Below are positions 41,240 to 51,017 of a DNA stretch of 64,000 nt, piece by piece. The number at the start of each line of letters is the position of its first letter. The first letter of the stretch is position 1. A program made the position numbers and the translations under genes. The notes below the pieces were generated by a model that saw only the letters and a program-made list of their open reading frames with translations, did no database searches and was not told the DNA's origin. Source of the DNA: Abditibacteriaceae bacterium (GTDB lineage Bacteria > Armatimonadota > Abditibacteriia > Abditibacteriales > Abditibacteriaceae); NCBI GenBank assembly GCA_965277285.1, contig OZ255721.1:3488001-3552000 (forward strand). The letters are read 5' to 3'.

Positions 41240-41341
41240 TTCAAATCTCCTTTCTGTTTTCGCGTTCAATGCAACGAGTGAAGATATTGCCAGATGATGG
41301 GGCGCAGCAAGTTCGCTGCGCCCCTTTCCAGTACTCGATTC

Positions 41342-44332
41342 TCAGCCGCAGCCGCTTGTCGTGCCGCAGTTCGGGCATTTGTAGCAGGCGCCCGCGCGGA
41401 TCATCAGCGTGCCGCATTCGGTGCAGGGCGGCGCATCGCTTTGGGTTTGGAAGCCGTGACCGTGCTCGTGACTGTCGTGGCTTTTCTCCGGCGCGGCCAT
41501 CAACGACGGTTGCGCGGACGCGGATGTGAGCGTTCCCGTACTCGAAGCGTGCGCTTCGCGGCCCAGATGTCCGTTGCTGCCGTTCGGGTGAAAGCGCAGG
41601 TCGAACCAACGGAAGATGTAGTCCATCAGGCTTTTGGCGATGGGAATCTCTTTGTTGGTGGTGTAGCCGGACGGCTCGAAACGGCTGTGCGAGAACTTGT
41701 TGACCAGAACGCGCAGCGGCACGCCGTATTGCAAACACATCGAAATGGCGACCGCGAACGAATCCATCAAGCCGGAAATCGTGCTGCCTTCCTTGCTCAT
41801 CTTGATGAAGATTTCGCCCGGGCTGCCGTCTTCGTAAAGCCCGACCGTGAAGTAACCTTCTTGACCGGCAATCGAAAATTTGTGCGTGATGCTGTGGCGC
41901 TCGTCCGGCAGTTTGCGACGCAAAGCGCGCGGTGCATCCTTGGCGGCTTCTTTGGCTTCGGCGATTTTGGCGTCGGTCGTCGTCGAAAGCGGCTGCGTCC
42001 TCTTGCTGCCGTCGCGGTAAATGGCGACCGCTTTGAGTCCCAATTTCCAGCTTTCCAGATACGCCTGCATGATGTCGTCAACTGACGCTTCGCTGGGCAC
42101 ATTGACGGTTTTGGAAATGGCGCCTGAAATGAACGGTTGTGCAGCGCTCATCATGCGGATGTGTCCCATGTATTGAATCGAGCGCGTGCCGTTTTGCGCC
42201 TTGAACGCGCAATCGAAGACCGGCAAATGCTCGTCCTTCAAGCCCGGCGCGCCTTCGATGGTATCGTTTTTGTCGATGTAATCGATAATCGCGTCCGATT
42301 GAGTACTCGAATAACCCAGTTTTTGCAGCGCCTCGGGCACCGTCTGGTTGACAATTTTGAGCAAACCGCCGCCGACCAGTTTCTTGTATTTCACCAGCGC
42401 GATGTCCGGCTCGATGCCTGTCGTGTCGCAATCCATCATAAAGGCAATAGTCCCCGTAGGCGCCAAAACTGTGGCTTGCGCGTTGCGGAAACCGTGCTTT
42501 TGCCCTAAGACAAGGGCTTCGTCCCACACGCGTTGCGCCGTGTTGAGCGTATCAACCGGAACCGTGGCGCGCGGGATTTTCGCTACCGCGTCGCGGTGCT
42601 TGCCGATGACGCGCAGCATCGGTTCGCGGTTGGCGGCATAACCTTCAAAAGTACCGATGTTGGCTGCAATCTTGGCGCTTTGACGATACGCCGCGCCCGT
42701 CATAATCGCCGTGATCGCTCCCGCCAATGCGCGACCTTCATCGCTGTCATACGCCGTGCCTTGCGCCATCAACAGCGCGCCTAAGTTCGCATAACCCAAA
42801 CCAAGAGGCCGAAACTTTTCCGAGTTCTTGGCGATTTTTTCCGTCGGATAACTGGCGTTGGAAACGATGATCTCCTGCGCCGTGATGAAAACTTCGCTGG
42901 CGTGCACGAACAACTCCGAATCGAATTCGCCGTTGCTTTGGCGAAACTTCATCAGGTTCATGCTGGCGAGGTTGCAGGCGGTATCATCAAGGTACAAAAA
43001 TTCTGAACACGGGTTCGAGGCGTAGATGCGATCCGTGTTGGCGCTGGTGTGCCAATCGTTGATCGTGGTGTCGTATTGCATTCCCGGGTCGCCGCAAATG
43101 TGCGTCGCTTCGGCGATGGCGTGCAGCATTTCACGCGCGTTTTTCTTCTCGATAATTTCGCCGCTGGTGACAGCTCGAGTACTCCATTCGGCGTTGTTGT
43201 CCGCCGCGCGCATGAACTCGTCTGATGCACGAACGCTGTGGTTGGCGTTCTGGAAATCAACCGAATCATACGCGCCGCCCGGCATGTTGAAGCCGCCATT
43301 ATAACCGGCTTCGATGAGCGCCCACGCCTTCTTTTCTTCGATGGCTTTGGCCACGATAAACTCTTCGATGTCGGGATGATCGGCGTTGAGAATCACCATT
43401 TTGGCCGCGCGACGCGTCGTGCCGCCGCTCTTGATGGCGCCCGCAAAAGCGTCCCAACCGCGCATGAAACTGACCGGGCCGGATGCAATGCCGCCGCCAC
43501 TTAAATGCTCTTTCGAGGAACGAATGCGCGACAGATTGCTTCCCGCGCCGCTGCCGCCTTTGAACAAGCGCGCTTCAGTCGCCGCCAGTTCCATGATGCT
43601 TTCCATGTTGTCATGCACGGAATTGATAAAACACGCCGAGGCTTGCTGATGCGCGCCCTTGACGCCGATGTTGAACCAGACGGGACTGTTGAAACTGCCG
43701 TATTGGTGCAGCAGCAGGTAAACCAATTCGTCGCGGAAGGCGCTGGCATCTTCATCGCTGGCGAAATAGCCGCCTTCGCGTCCCCATCTGCCAAAAGTGT
43801 CGGCGACGCGGCCAATCACCTGGCGCACGCTGGTTTCGCGCTGCGGAGAATTCATTAGACCGCGAAAATATTTGGAAACCACAACGTTGGTGGCGAGTTG
43901 AGACCACGCTTTGGGGATTTCGCAATCTTTCTGCTCGAAAACGACTTTGCCGTCTTCGCCCGTTATGCCGGCTGTGCGCAACTCCCAATCGACGGTTTCC
44001 AATGGATCTTGACCGGCGCGCGTAAAGCGACGCTGAAACTTCAAACCGGCGTCTTTTTTCGACTTTCGAGTACTCGATTTGGGCGTCCACGATTTGGTCG
44101 TGATGCTCGCATCGGTAATATCTGGCGCCTGCGTCGTGGCGGGATGCGGACTTTCTTCCGGCTGGACAACCACTTCGGTGACCGCGTCAATAACTGCGAT
44201 CGCCGTTTCTTTCGGTTCCTGATTTTGATTTTGTTCGCTCATGAGAAGTCCGTTGGTGTGGCCGTTGCTATATCCGTTCGCGTGACCATTAGTCTGTTCG
44301 TCGTGCTGAGAAGCGTCGCTGGCGTCGCTCAT
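41342..44332 (-). CDS. nrdJ: Class II (adenosylcobalamin-dependent) ribonucleotide reductase with C-terminal TSCPD-like region and Zn ribbon
   Basis: FNSPVWFN, SACFI, GGTTRRAAKM, NPCSEF, ACNLAS, APTGT, GAISKTVN, YRDGSK, C-terminal CTECG...CPNCG; GGAG RBS before ATG 44332. Confidence 0.96.
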   Translation of the reverse strand: MSDASDASQHDEQTNGHANGYSNGHTNGLLMSEQNQNQEPKETAIAVIDAVTEVVVQPEESPHPATTQAPDITDASITTKSWTPKSSTRKSKKDAGLKFQRRFTRAGQDPLETVDWELRTAGITGEDGKVVFEQKDCEIPKAWSQLATNVVVSKYFRGLMNSPQRETSVRQVIGRVADTFGRWGREGGYFASDEDASAFRDELVYLLLHQYGSFNSPVWFNIGVKGAHQQASACFINSVHDNMESIMELAATEARLFKGGSGAGSNLSRIRSSKEHLSGGGIASGPVSFMRGWDAFAGAIKSGGTTRRAAKMVILNADHPDIEEFIVAKAIEEKKAWALIEAGYNGGFNMPGGAYDSVDFQNANHSVRASDEFMRAADNNAEWSTRAVTSGEIIEKKNAREMLHAIAEATHICGDPGMQYDTTINDWHTSANTDRIYASNPCSEFLYLDDTACNLASMNLMKFRQSNGEFDSELFVHASEVFITAQEIIVSNASYPTEKIAKNSEKFRPLGLGYANLGALLMAQGTAYDSDEGRALAGAITAIMTGAAYRQSAKIAANIGTFEGYAANREPMLRVIGKHRDAVAKIPRATVPVDTLNTAQRVWDEALVLGQKHGFRNAQATVLAPTGTIAFMMDCDTTGIEPDIALVKYKKLVGGGLLKIVNQTVPEALQKLGYSSTQSDAIIDYIDKNDTIEGAPGLKDEHLPVFDCAFKAQNGTRSIQYMGHIRMMSAAQPFISGAISKTVNVPSEASVDDIMQAYLESWKLGLKAVAIYRDGSKRTQPLSTTTDAKIAEAKEAAKDAPRALRRKLPDERHSITHKFSIAGQEGYFTVGLYEDGSPGEIFIKMSKEGSTISGLMDSFAVAISMCLQYGVPLRVLVNKFSHSRFEPSGYTTNKEIPIAKSLMDYIFRWFDLRFHPNGSNGHLGREAHASSTGTLTSASAQPSLMAAPEKSHDSHEHGHGFQTQSDAPPCTECGTLMIRAGACYKCPNCGTTSGCG

Positions 44333-44357
44333 GTGAAAACTCCAAAGAAAACGTTTA

Positions 44358-44404
44358 TCTCCATATCTTGTGGATAAGCCAATCGAAAACACAAGATATA
44401 GATA
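44358..44404. promoter_or_regulatory. Tandem NrdR boxes upstream of nrdJ
   Basis: TCTCCATATCTTGTGG (44358) and ACACAAGATATAGATA (44389), 31 bp apart, resembling the acaCwAtATaTwGtgt consensus. Confidence 0.75.
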
Positions 44405-44768
44405 TTCTGAGGATTATTATAAGAGGATAAGGAAATTGCACAAGCGCGGTTTGAGCGTGGGAGAAGAGCGGTGTTCGGTAATATTTTCCGTTTTTAGCGA
44501 GAAAAGCCGAAAAGCGCGACTTTTCCCCAGCCTTTTCCCCAAGCTTGGACAAAGAAGGAACCCTGAGCGTCAGCGACCAGTGAAAAGTGACGGATAAATG
44601 AAACGCTCACTTTCCCGGGTCGCTGAAGCTTGGGAGTGCTTTGCGTCAACTCACTCGATTGAGCCATCACCCTTCATTTTTCTTTCGCGCTTTTTCGTGT
44701 TTTTCGCGGGCTGTTTCTTTTCTGCGCGTTTGGTGTTGCCGTGACATAATTAAATGCGACCATTTCTT

Positions 44769-45320
44769 ATGACTTTTCTTTCTCGTTTGCGGCGCGATGA
44801 CGCCGTTTTGCTGATTGTCGATGTGCAGCAAAAACTCGTGCCCGCCATGTTTGAGGCCGAACGCGTTGTGCGCGGCGTCGGTTTGCTGGCGCGCACTGCG
44901 AAATTACTCAACATTCCCGTTGTCGTGACCGAACAAAATCCAACTCGCCTGGGCGCGACCGTTGAACCCGTCGTTCGAGTACTCGATTCGTATGCGCCGG
45001 TTTCCAAAATGCGTTTTTCCGCGTGCGTCGAAGAAACGATGACGGAATTGCGCGCGACCAATCGCAAGAGCGTGATATTGTGTGGTCTGGAAACGCACGT
45101 TTGTGTGTTGCAGACGGCGCTCGATTTAGCAGAAAATGGCTTCGCGGTTCTTCTGCCACAGGACGCGGTTTCGTCGCGTTATGAAAGTGACAAGCGCGTT
45201 GGAGTGGAAAGGATGAAAAGCGCGGGCGCGATTGCGGCTTCGGTTGAAATGCTGATTTACGAACTGCTCGGCGAAGCGGGCACGGACGAATTCCGCGCCC
45301 TTTTGCCATATATCAAATAG
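44769..45320 (+). CDS. Isochorismatase-family hydrolase
   Basis: LLIVDVQ, TEQNP..LG.T, KMRFS, GLETHVCVLQT. Confidence 0.9.
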   Translation: MTFLSRLRRDDAVLLIVDVQQKLVPAMFEAERVVRGVGLLARTAKLLNIPVVVTEQNPTRLGATVEPVVRVLDSYAPVSKMRFSACVEETMTELRATNRKSVILCGLETHVCVLQTALDLAENGFAVLLPQDAVSSRYESDKRVGVERMKSAGAIAASVEMLIYELLGEAGTDEFRALLPYIK

Positions 45321-45333
45321 CGGGAGAACCCTC

Positions 45334-45795
45334 ATGAGCCAGACAGAAAAGCACACAGCGACCGAAGTTTACACGTCTCAAATGGAGTGGGCGGGACGCA
45401 ACATCGCCATCAACTTGGATTTTGTTCCCGACGACAAATTGAACTGGAAACCGGCGCCGCACGCCAATTCCGCGCTGGAAATCATCAATCATCTGGTGCC
45501 CAACATTCTGCGCTTGTCGGACATCATCAGCGGCGGCGACGGTCAGTTTCACGTCGAGCCGATTACGACGCGCGAGGCCGCGCAAACCGCGATTCGCCAC
45601 GCTGCGGCGGAATACGCGATTCAAGTTTCCAAACTGTCGAATGACGATTTGGATCGCCAAGTTCATTTGCCTTTCGGCGAGGTTCCCTGTTCCCATGCCT
45701 GCGCGATTGGTGTCACCGAAGCAGTCAATCATCACGGGCAACTGACTTACATTCAAACGCTTTTGGGCGATGTCGAAAGCCATCTTGAATTTTGA
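45334..45795 (+). CDS. DinB/YfiT-family protein
   Basis: LNWKP...SALEIINHL, C-terminal NHHGQL. Confidence 0.82.
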   Translation: MSQTEKHTATEVYTSQMEWAGRNIAINLDFVPDDKLNWKPAPHANSALEIINHLVPNILRLSDIISGGDGQFHVEPITTREAAQTAIRHAAAEYAIQVSKLSNDDLDRQVHLPFGEVPCSHACAIGVTEAVNHHGQLTYIQTLLGDVESHLEF

Positions 45796-45811
45796 GAAAC
45801 GTCAGGAAAAT

Positions 45812-45967
45812 AGGACACGGATTTCATATCTGCCCAGAGGGCGCCCGATCGAGCGGATGAACACGGATTTTTAAGAATCAGGAATCGAGTACTCAATACT
45901 CTCTCTTTTGATCCGTGAAAATTCGTTCAATCGGGCGCCCTCTGGGCAGATATGAAATCCGTGTCCT
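45812..45967. repeat. Long inverted repeat (perfect 38-bp outer arms) centred on a 12-mer variant
   Basis: AGGACACGGATTTCATATCTGCCCAGAGGGCGCCCGAT at 45812-45849 and its reverse complement at 45930-45967; TCGAGTACTCAA at 45885. Confidence 0.85.
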
Positions 45968-46009
45968 GTTTTTGATTGCCTTCCTACCATTTGCGTTCGA
46001 GTACTCGAT

Positions 46010-47644
46010 ATGACCTATTTGCTTCCTTTTGATGTGACATCTTTGCCTTACGAAACCTTTGATTTCGTGATTGTTGGTTCGGGCGTGGCCGGACTTTCCT
46101 GTGCCGTCGAATTGGAAGCGCACGGCAGCGTCGCGGTTTTGACCAAGGAAGGTCTCAGCGACGGTTCGACACAATGGGCGCAAGGCGGAATTGCCGCAGT
46201 TCTTTCGCCCGAACCGCTCGATTCCAGCGAATTGCACCAGGAAGACACAGTGAAAGCGGGCGCCGGTTTGTGCGACGCGCGCGCTGTTGATGTCCTTGTC
46301 CGCGAAGGCCCGCATCGCATTCGCCAACTGATCGCGCGCGGCGCGCACTTCGACACCGAACCGACCGGCGAACTGAAATTGACGCGCGAAGCGGCTCATC
46401 GCGCACGCCGCATCGTTCACGCGAACGGCGATTCGACAGGCCGCGAAGTGCAACGCAGCCTGACTTCCAACGCGCTCGAAAGCGGCGATATTCGCATTTT
46501 TGAAAACACGTTGTCGGTCGATTTCTTCGTCAATGGCGGACGTTGCTGCGGCGTTTTGGCGTTGGATGCGCAGGGAAATTTGAAACTGTTTCGCGCCAAA
46601 GCGACGATTGCGGCGACCGGCGGCTTGGGCGCGATTTACAAAGTGACGACCAATCCGCCGGTTTTGACAGGCGATGGTATGGCGATGGCGTTTCGCGCTG
46701 GAGCGACTTTGATGGACATGGAATTCGTGCAATTTCATCCGACCGCTTTCGCCAAAGGGCCGAATAATCCCAAGTTCCTCATCAGCGAAGCGGTGCGCGG
46801 CGAGGGCGCGATTTTGCTCAACAACAAGGGCGAGCGTTTCATGCAGCGTTATCATCCCGATGCGGAACTGGCGCCGCGCGACGTGGTTTCACGCGCCATC
46901 GCGCAGGAGATTTTGACGACAGGAACGCAATATGTCACGCTCGATTTGACGCAAAACACGGCACAGGAAATAGCCGCGCGCTTCCCCAAGATTTATTCGA
47001 CGTGCGTTTCTTACGGCATCGATCCGGCGACGCAACCGATTCCGGTTTCCCCGGCGGAACATTACATGATGGGCGGCATTCACACCGATTTGAATGGCGC
47101 GACCGATTTGCCCGGACTTTTGGCGTGTGGCGAATGCGCTTGCACCGGCGTTCACGGCGCCAATCGTTTGGCTTCCAATTCGATGCTGGAAGGTTTGGTT
47201 TTTGGCATTCGCACGGTGCGCGCCGCCATTGCTTTGAAAGACGCGATTTGTCCGCCGGAAGAAAACTCCAACATCGCTCACAACGGTGCGCCAATCGAGT
47301 ACTCGAATGAGGAAATCGAAGCTGCACGAACGCGCGTTCAGGAAATTATGTGGCAATATGCTGGTTTGGTACGTGATGGCGAAGGTTTGCAAAAGGCTTT
47401 GAATGAACTGAATGCGTTGGCCGAAAAGTTCTTGCAACCCGCGCCAAAACGTGAAGCGATTGAACTGGCGAACATGATTCAAACCGCGCAACTGGTGACG
47501 CGCGCTGCAATGGAACGCACGGAAAGTCGCGGCGCCCATTTTCGCACCGATTTCCCTGATCTGAAAGACGAACAATGGCAGCACCACATTTTGCTGCATC
47601 AGGAAAATGGCACGTTGAAAATCGGCGAAGCGGCGACGAATTGA
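46010..47644 (+). CDS. nadB: L-aspartate oxidase
   Basis: GSGVAGL, AQGGIAA, REAAH..RRIVH, EFVQFHPT, LISEAVRGEG, HGANRLASNS, ESRGAHFR. Confidence 0.96.
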   Translation: MTYLLPFDVTSLPYETFDFVIVGSGVAGLSCAVELEAHGSVAVLTKEGLSDGSTQWAQGGIAAVLSPEPLDSSELHQEDTVKAGAGLCDARAVDVLVREGPHRIRQLIARGAHFDTEPTGELKLTREAAHRARRIVHANGDSTGREVQRSLTSNALESGDIRIFENTLSVDFFVNGGRCCGVLALDAQGNLKLFRAKATIAATGGLGAIYKVTTNPPVLTGDGMAMAFRAGATLMDMEFVQFHPTAFAKGPNNPKFLISEAVRGEGAILLNNKGERFMQRYHPDAELAPRDVVSRAIAQEILTTGTQYVTLDLTQNTAQEIAARFPKIYSTCVSYGIDPATQPIPVSPAEHYMMGGIHTDLNGATDLPGLLACGECACTGVHGANRLASNSMLEGLVFGIRTVRAAIALKDAICPPEENSNIAHNGAPIEYSNEEIEAARTRVQEIMWQYAGLVRDGEGLQKALNELNALAEKFLQPAPKREAIELANMIQTAQLVTRAAMERTESRGAHFRTDFPDLKDEQWQHHILLHQENGTLKIGEAATN

Positions 47645-47702
47645 GCGGTCAGACACGCGCATAGGCGATCATTCTGAAAGTGTCGAGAAGTGCGGGAAAA
47701 GG

Positions 47703-47759
47703 CAACAAGTAAAAGCCTGTCATTCTGAGCGCAGCGAAAAATCTGACTTTTACTTGTTG
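47703..47759. repeat. Half copy of the GTCATTCTGA element inside a short inverted repeat
   Basis: CAACAAGTAAAAG-cctGTCATTCTGAGCGCAGCGAAAAATCTga-CTTTTACTTGTTG. Confidence 0.6.
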
Positions 47760-47895
47760 GACTTATGAAATAGCTCGCATCGTTCTTGGCTGTGGCCAGT
47801 TACCGCTATGTTCTTAATAAAATTTCTGGTAGCTGTGTTTGTGCATTTTTTCAGTTCATAGGAACAGTGTGTTGTCCATCATTATTGTTGGCATT

Positions 47896-47947
47896 AAAGA
47901 CAAGAAGAGCGCGAACTTCACTTAAAGTTCGCGCTCTTCTTGTCTTT
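47896..47947. terminator. Terminator hairpin downstream of lpxD
   Basis: AAAGACAAGAAGAGCGCGAACTT ... AAGTTCGCGCTCTTCTTGTCTTT, immediately followed by the 12-mer at 47949. Confidence 0.8.
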
Positions 47948-47963
47948 ATCGAGTACTCGATAG

Positions 47964-49151
47964 TTACTCCGACAACTTCTGCAAAGCTACCATTTGCTCT
48001 TGAAGTTCTTTTATCTGGCGCTCCAACTGGCGGAAGGCGCGCAGGGTTTCCGGCATTTTGCGGGCGGCGGCTTCGCGCTTGAGGAAATCGCGTTGCGAAA
48101 TGGCGGGGCTACCCAGCACGACATCGCCGCTGGCGACATCGCCCATGATACCGGTTTTGGCGCCTAAAATCGCGCCTTTGCCGATTTTGACGTGATCCGC
48201 CAAGCCCGCTTGTCCGGCCATAATCACGCCGTCTTCGACTTCGACGCTGCCGCTGATGCCGACCTGACCGCACAAAATGCAGTTTTTGCCGATTTGAACG
48301 TTGTGCGCGATCTGTACGAGGTTGTCGATTTTGGTGCCTTCGCCGATGCGCGTGGCGCCAATTGTCGCGCGGTCGATGCACACATTGGCGCCAATTTCCA
48401 CATCGTCTTCGATGACAACAGTTCCCAGTTGCGGCACTTTGCGATGGCGTCCGTCATCCAGCACATAACCGAAACCTTCGCTGCCAATGACGCTGCCAGG
48501 ATGAACCAGTACTCGTTTGCCAAGGTTGACGTGATGCCCGATCACGACGTTCGCGTGAAACACGCAATCGTCGCCGATTTGCGCGCCGTCGCTGACAACC
48601 ACGTTCGGATAAAGAATCACGTTGTCGCCGATGTGAGCGCGTTGCCCGACCACGCAGCCGATGCCAATCGTGACGTTTTCGCCGATATGAGCGTCTTCAG
48701 CAACTACAGCTGACGGATGCACGCCCGCCACGCGCTCCGGCTTGAGCTGAAAATACTCCATCACTTTGGCGAAAGCCAGGCGCGGATTGCTGATTAACAG
48801 CGTGGGTTTGTTGTTTTTTTCTACGAGATGCAGATCGTCGGCGGCGGCGGATGACGCGATGATCGCGGCGGCAGGAGAATTGAAAGCGCTTTGCAGCAAA
48901 GCTTCGTTCTCGACAAATAAAATCGAGCCGGGCAAGGCGCTTTCAATGCCTGCCACGCTGGTGATTAAGGTTTGCGCGTCGCCGACGAGTTCTGCGCCCA
49001 GCAATAAAGCAATATCGCCCGCCGTCATGCGATGCGATTGAACATTGGCTATAGACACAGGTTTTTTAATCGCGTGGCCGTTGCGCGCGCCATTACGAGG
49101 AGCGCCGTTGCGTGGCTGATTGTTCGGCGAGGGAGCGTGTGGAGATGACAT
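47964..49151 (-). CDS. lpxD: UDP-3-O-acylglucosamine N-acyltransferase
   Basis: NPRLAFA, hexapeptide repeats, IGSEGFGY, KVPQLG, IDRAT, KIDNLVQIAHNV. Start codon uncertain. Confidence 0.95.
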   Translation of the reverse strand: MSSPHAPSPNNQPRNGAPRNGARNGHAIKKPVSIANVQSHRMTAGDIALLLGAELVGDAQTLITSVAGIESALPGSILFVENEALLQSAFNSPAAAIIASSAAADDLHLVEKNNKPTLLISNPRLAFAKVMEYFQLKPERVAGVHPSAVVAEDAHIGENVTIGIGCVVGQRAHIGDNVILYPNVVVSDGAQIGDDCVFHANVVIGHHVNLGKRVLVHPGSVIGSEGFGYVLDDGRHRKVPQLGTVVIEDDVEIGANVCIDRATIGATRIGEGTKIDNLVQIAHNVQIGKNCILCGQVGISGSVEVEDGVIMAGQAGLADHVKIGKGAILGAKTGIMGDVASGDVVLGSPAISQRDFLKREAAARKMPETLRAFRQLERQIKELQEQMVALQKLSE

Positions 49152-49590
49152 CGGTAGTAAAAACCCTCCTGAGAGTAGCCGAAACATGACCGGCGGCCTC
49201 CGGCATAGCGTGAAAACAACGGACGACACGGACAATTTCAGCGACTTGATACCACGGTGCAATAAGGTTGTTGGGATCGTCCTGGCAACGCCAGAAAAGG
49301 CTTGTATTGGAATTCGGTGTGGGCATTTTGCTTGAAGCCGCGTTAAGTTAGTGAGCGCGAAAATTTTTCTTCAAAATGTGGGCTTCAATCAAACTTTGCG
49401 ATAGACGCGAACTTTGGCCTCGCGTTCATCCCAATTCGTGACACATATTATCATGGTTGACGGCCACCGCACATTGACTATCTCGCGCTCTATTATGGCA
49501 TATCCATCAAACGTGATGAACATAATAGCAACGCGCAGTACCGAATTCCTGTGCCATTCGAGTACTCGATATTCTGAAATAACCGGAGAA

Positions 49591-51009
49591 TCAGCTTACT
49601 CCCAGCATTTGCAAAGCGCTCGGCGTTTCATCGCGGACGCCGACAACGGGACGTTCCACCAAAACCCAGCCGCGACTGCGCGCCAGATTTTGCGCCCACG
49701 CGTGCGCGCCTTGCAACGCTTGAAGCCGCAACTGTGTCGCGCGTGCGCCGTTTGTTCCCGCTGATGTCACCAACAAACGGTTAAAAGACGGCATTGGTGC
49801 AGTAATCTCTGGTTGCGGCAAGCGTGCGGGAAAAGCAACTGTTTCGCGTGAGGTCGAAGTGGTCGGCGCGATTGTCGTCCCACGCACTTCATAAGTGGAA
49901 AATGGCGGCAGCACGACCACAAGCGAGCGACTGCCGTTGAAATCGTTGGCCAGAAAGCGCGTTTGTTCATCGCGCAGTTCGACCAGGCGCGCGCGGCTGA
50001 TACGTTGCTCGCGTTCGGTTTGCACCGCAATTTGCGCTTCGCCTTCGCGCCGCACGCGCAACGGTTCTTCTTCGCGCTGCCGCGTCCATTCGTCCAAAAT
50101 CTGCTGTTCCTGAGCGCGCAGTTTTTCGCGCCACACTTCCTGCAATTGAAAAAGCCGCGCCTGCGCCGCTTCGCGGTCAATGGCCGAAGTGTTCGAGTTC
50201 GGCAGCAACTTCAATCGCAAATTGGTGATCTCGAGTTGCACTTCGGGCGGCAAACCGATTGGCTCCAGCGGCGGCAAAACAACTTCGCGCGCCGCTGCAA
50301 CATCGTCCTCCAAAGTCGCGCGCGCTTCGCTTTCCTGCGCACGCTGCGCCGCCGCACGACGAACGCTGGCGTCGCGCAAAAAGTTATTCAAATCCGCATC
50401 GCTGCGCCGTCGTGCCACTTCTTGCAGCGAAGTTTCATTCGATGATTGCCGCATCGCGCCATTTTCAATGCTGCGCAACGCAGGAACGGAACCTTGCGCT
50501 GTATCGAGTACTCGAAGCGCAGAAAACGGCAGCGATGGCGCCACAATTTCTGCCAGAGAACGCGTAGAAGAACGCGGCATGACAAGTGAAACCGTTTTCG
50601 TCTGAGAATTATCCAATCGCGCGGCCAATTGCCAAGCTGGAAAACGCTGCGCCAACGCCGTCACATCAATGAAAACTTTAGGCTGAACGACCGCCGTTGC
50701 AGTCGGTGACGCGCTCGGTTTTTGCGTCAACGCGCTGATCCAGGACGAAAGCAGCGAAGGTTGTTTGGACGACGTTTGTTGAGACGACTTCTGCGCGGCT
50801 GCGGGCGTTGTTTGAGTACTCGAAGATTGCGTGCTGGAAGTGCGCAATAACGAACAACCGGCGAGAGGTAGCAGCGAAAAAAATGTTCCGGCCAAGAGCA
50901 GCGGCGCGGCACGTTTCCTAAACGGCGCCGCATCGCTGTGAGGAGCGACGCGACGCCGTTTAGGAAACGAAAAAACGCGTGGGCCGAGCATTGCCGAAAA
51001 ACGTGACAA
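49591..51009 (-). CDS. Hypothetical lipoprotein with coiled-coil region
   Basis: Lipobox LAGC after a hydrophobic stretch; lies between the Skp-like gene and lpxD. Confidence 0.7.
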   Translation of the reverse strand: MSRFSAMLGPRVFSFPKRRRVAPHSDAAPFRKRAAPLLLAGTFFSLLPLAGCSLLRTSSTQSSSTQTTPAAAQKSSQQTSSKQPSLLSSWISALTQKPSASPTATAVVQPKVFIDVTALAQRFPAWQLAARLDNSQTKTVSLVMPRSSTRSLAEIVAPSLPFSALRVLDTAQGSVPALRSIENGAMRQSSNETSLQEVARRRSDADLNNFLRDASVRRAAAQRAQESEARATLEDDVAAAREVVLPPLEPIGLPPEVQLEITNLRLKLLPNSNTSAIDREAAQARLFQLQEVWREKLRAQEQQILDEWTRQREEEPLRVRREGEAQIAVQTEREQRISRARLVELRDEQTRFLANDFNGSRSLVVVLPPFSTYEVRGTTIAPTTSTSRETVAFPARLPQPEITAPMPSFNRLLVTSAGTNGARATQLRLQALQGAHAWAQNLARSRGWVLVERPVVGVRDETPSALQMLGVS

Positions 51010-51017
51010 ACCTGCAA

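Noticed and set aside
44405..44750. Cobalamin riboswitch upstream of nrdJ
   Set aside because: I could not identify a convincing B12-box or conserved core by eye; an Rfam scan would be needed.
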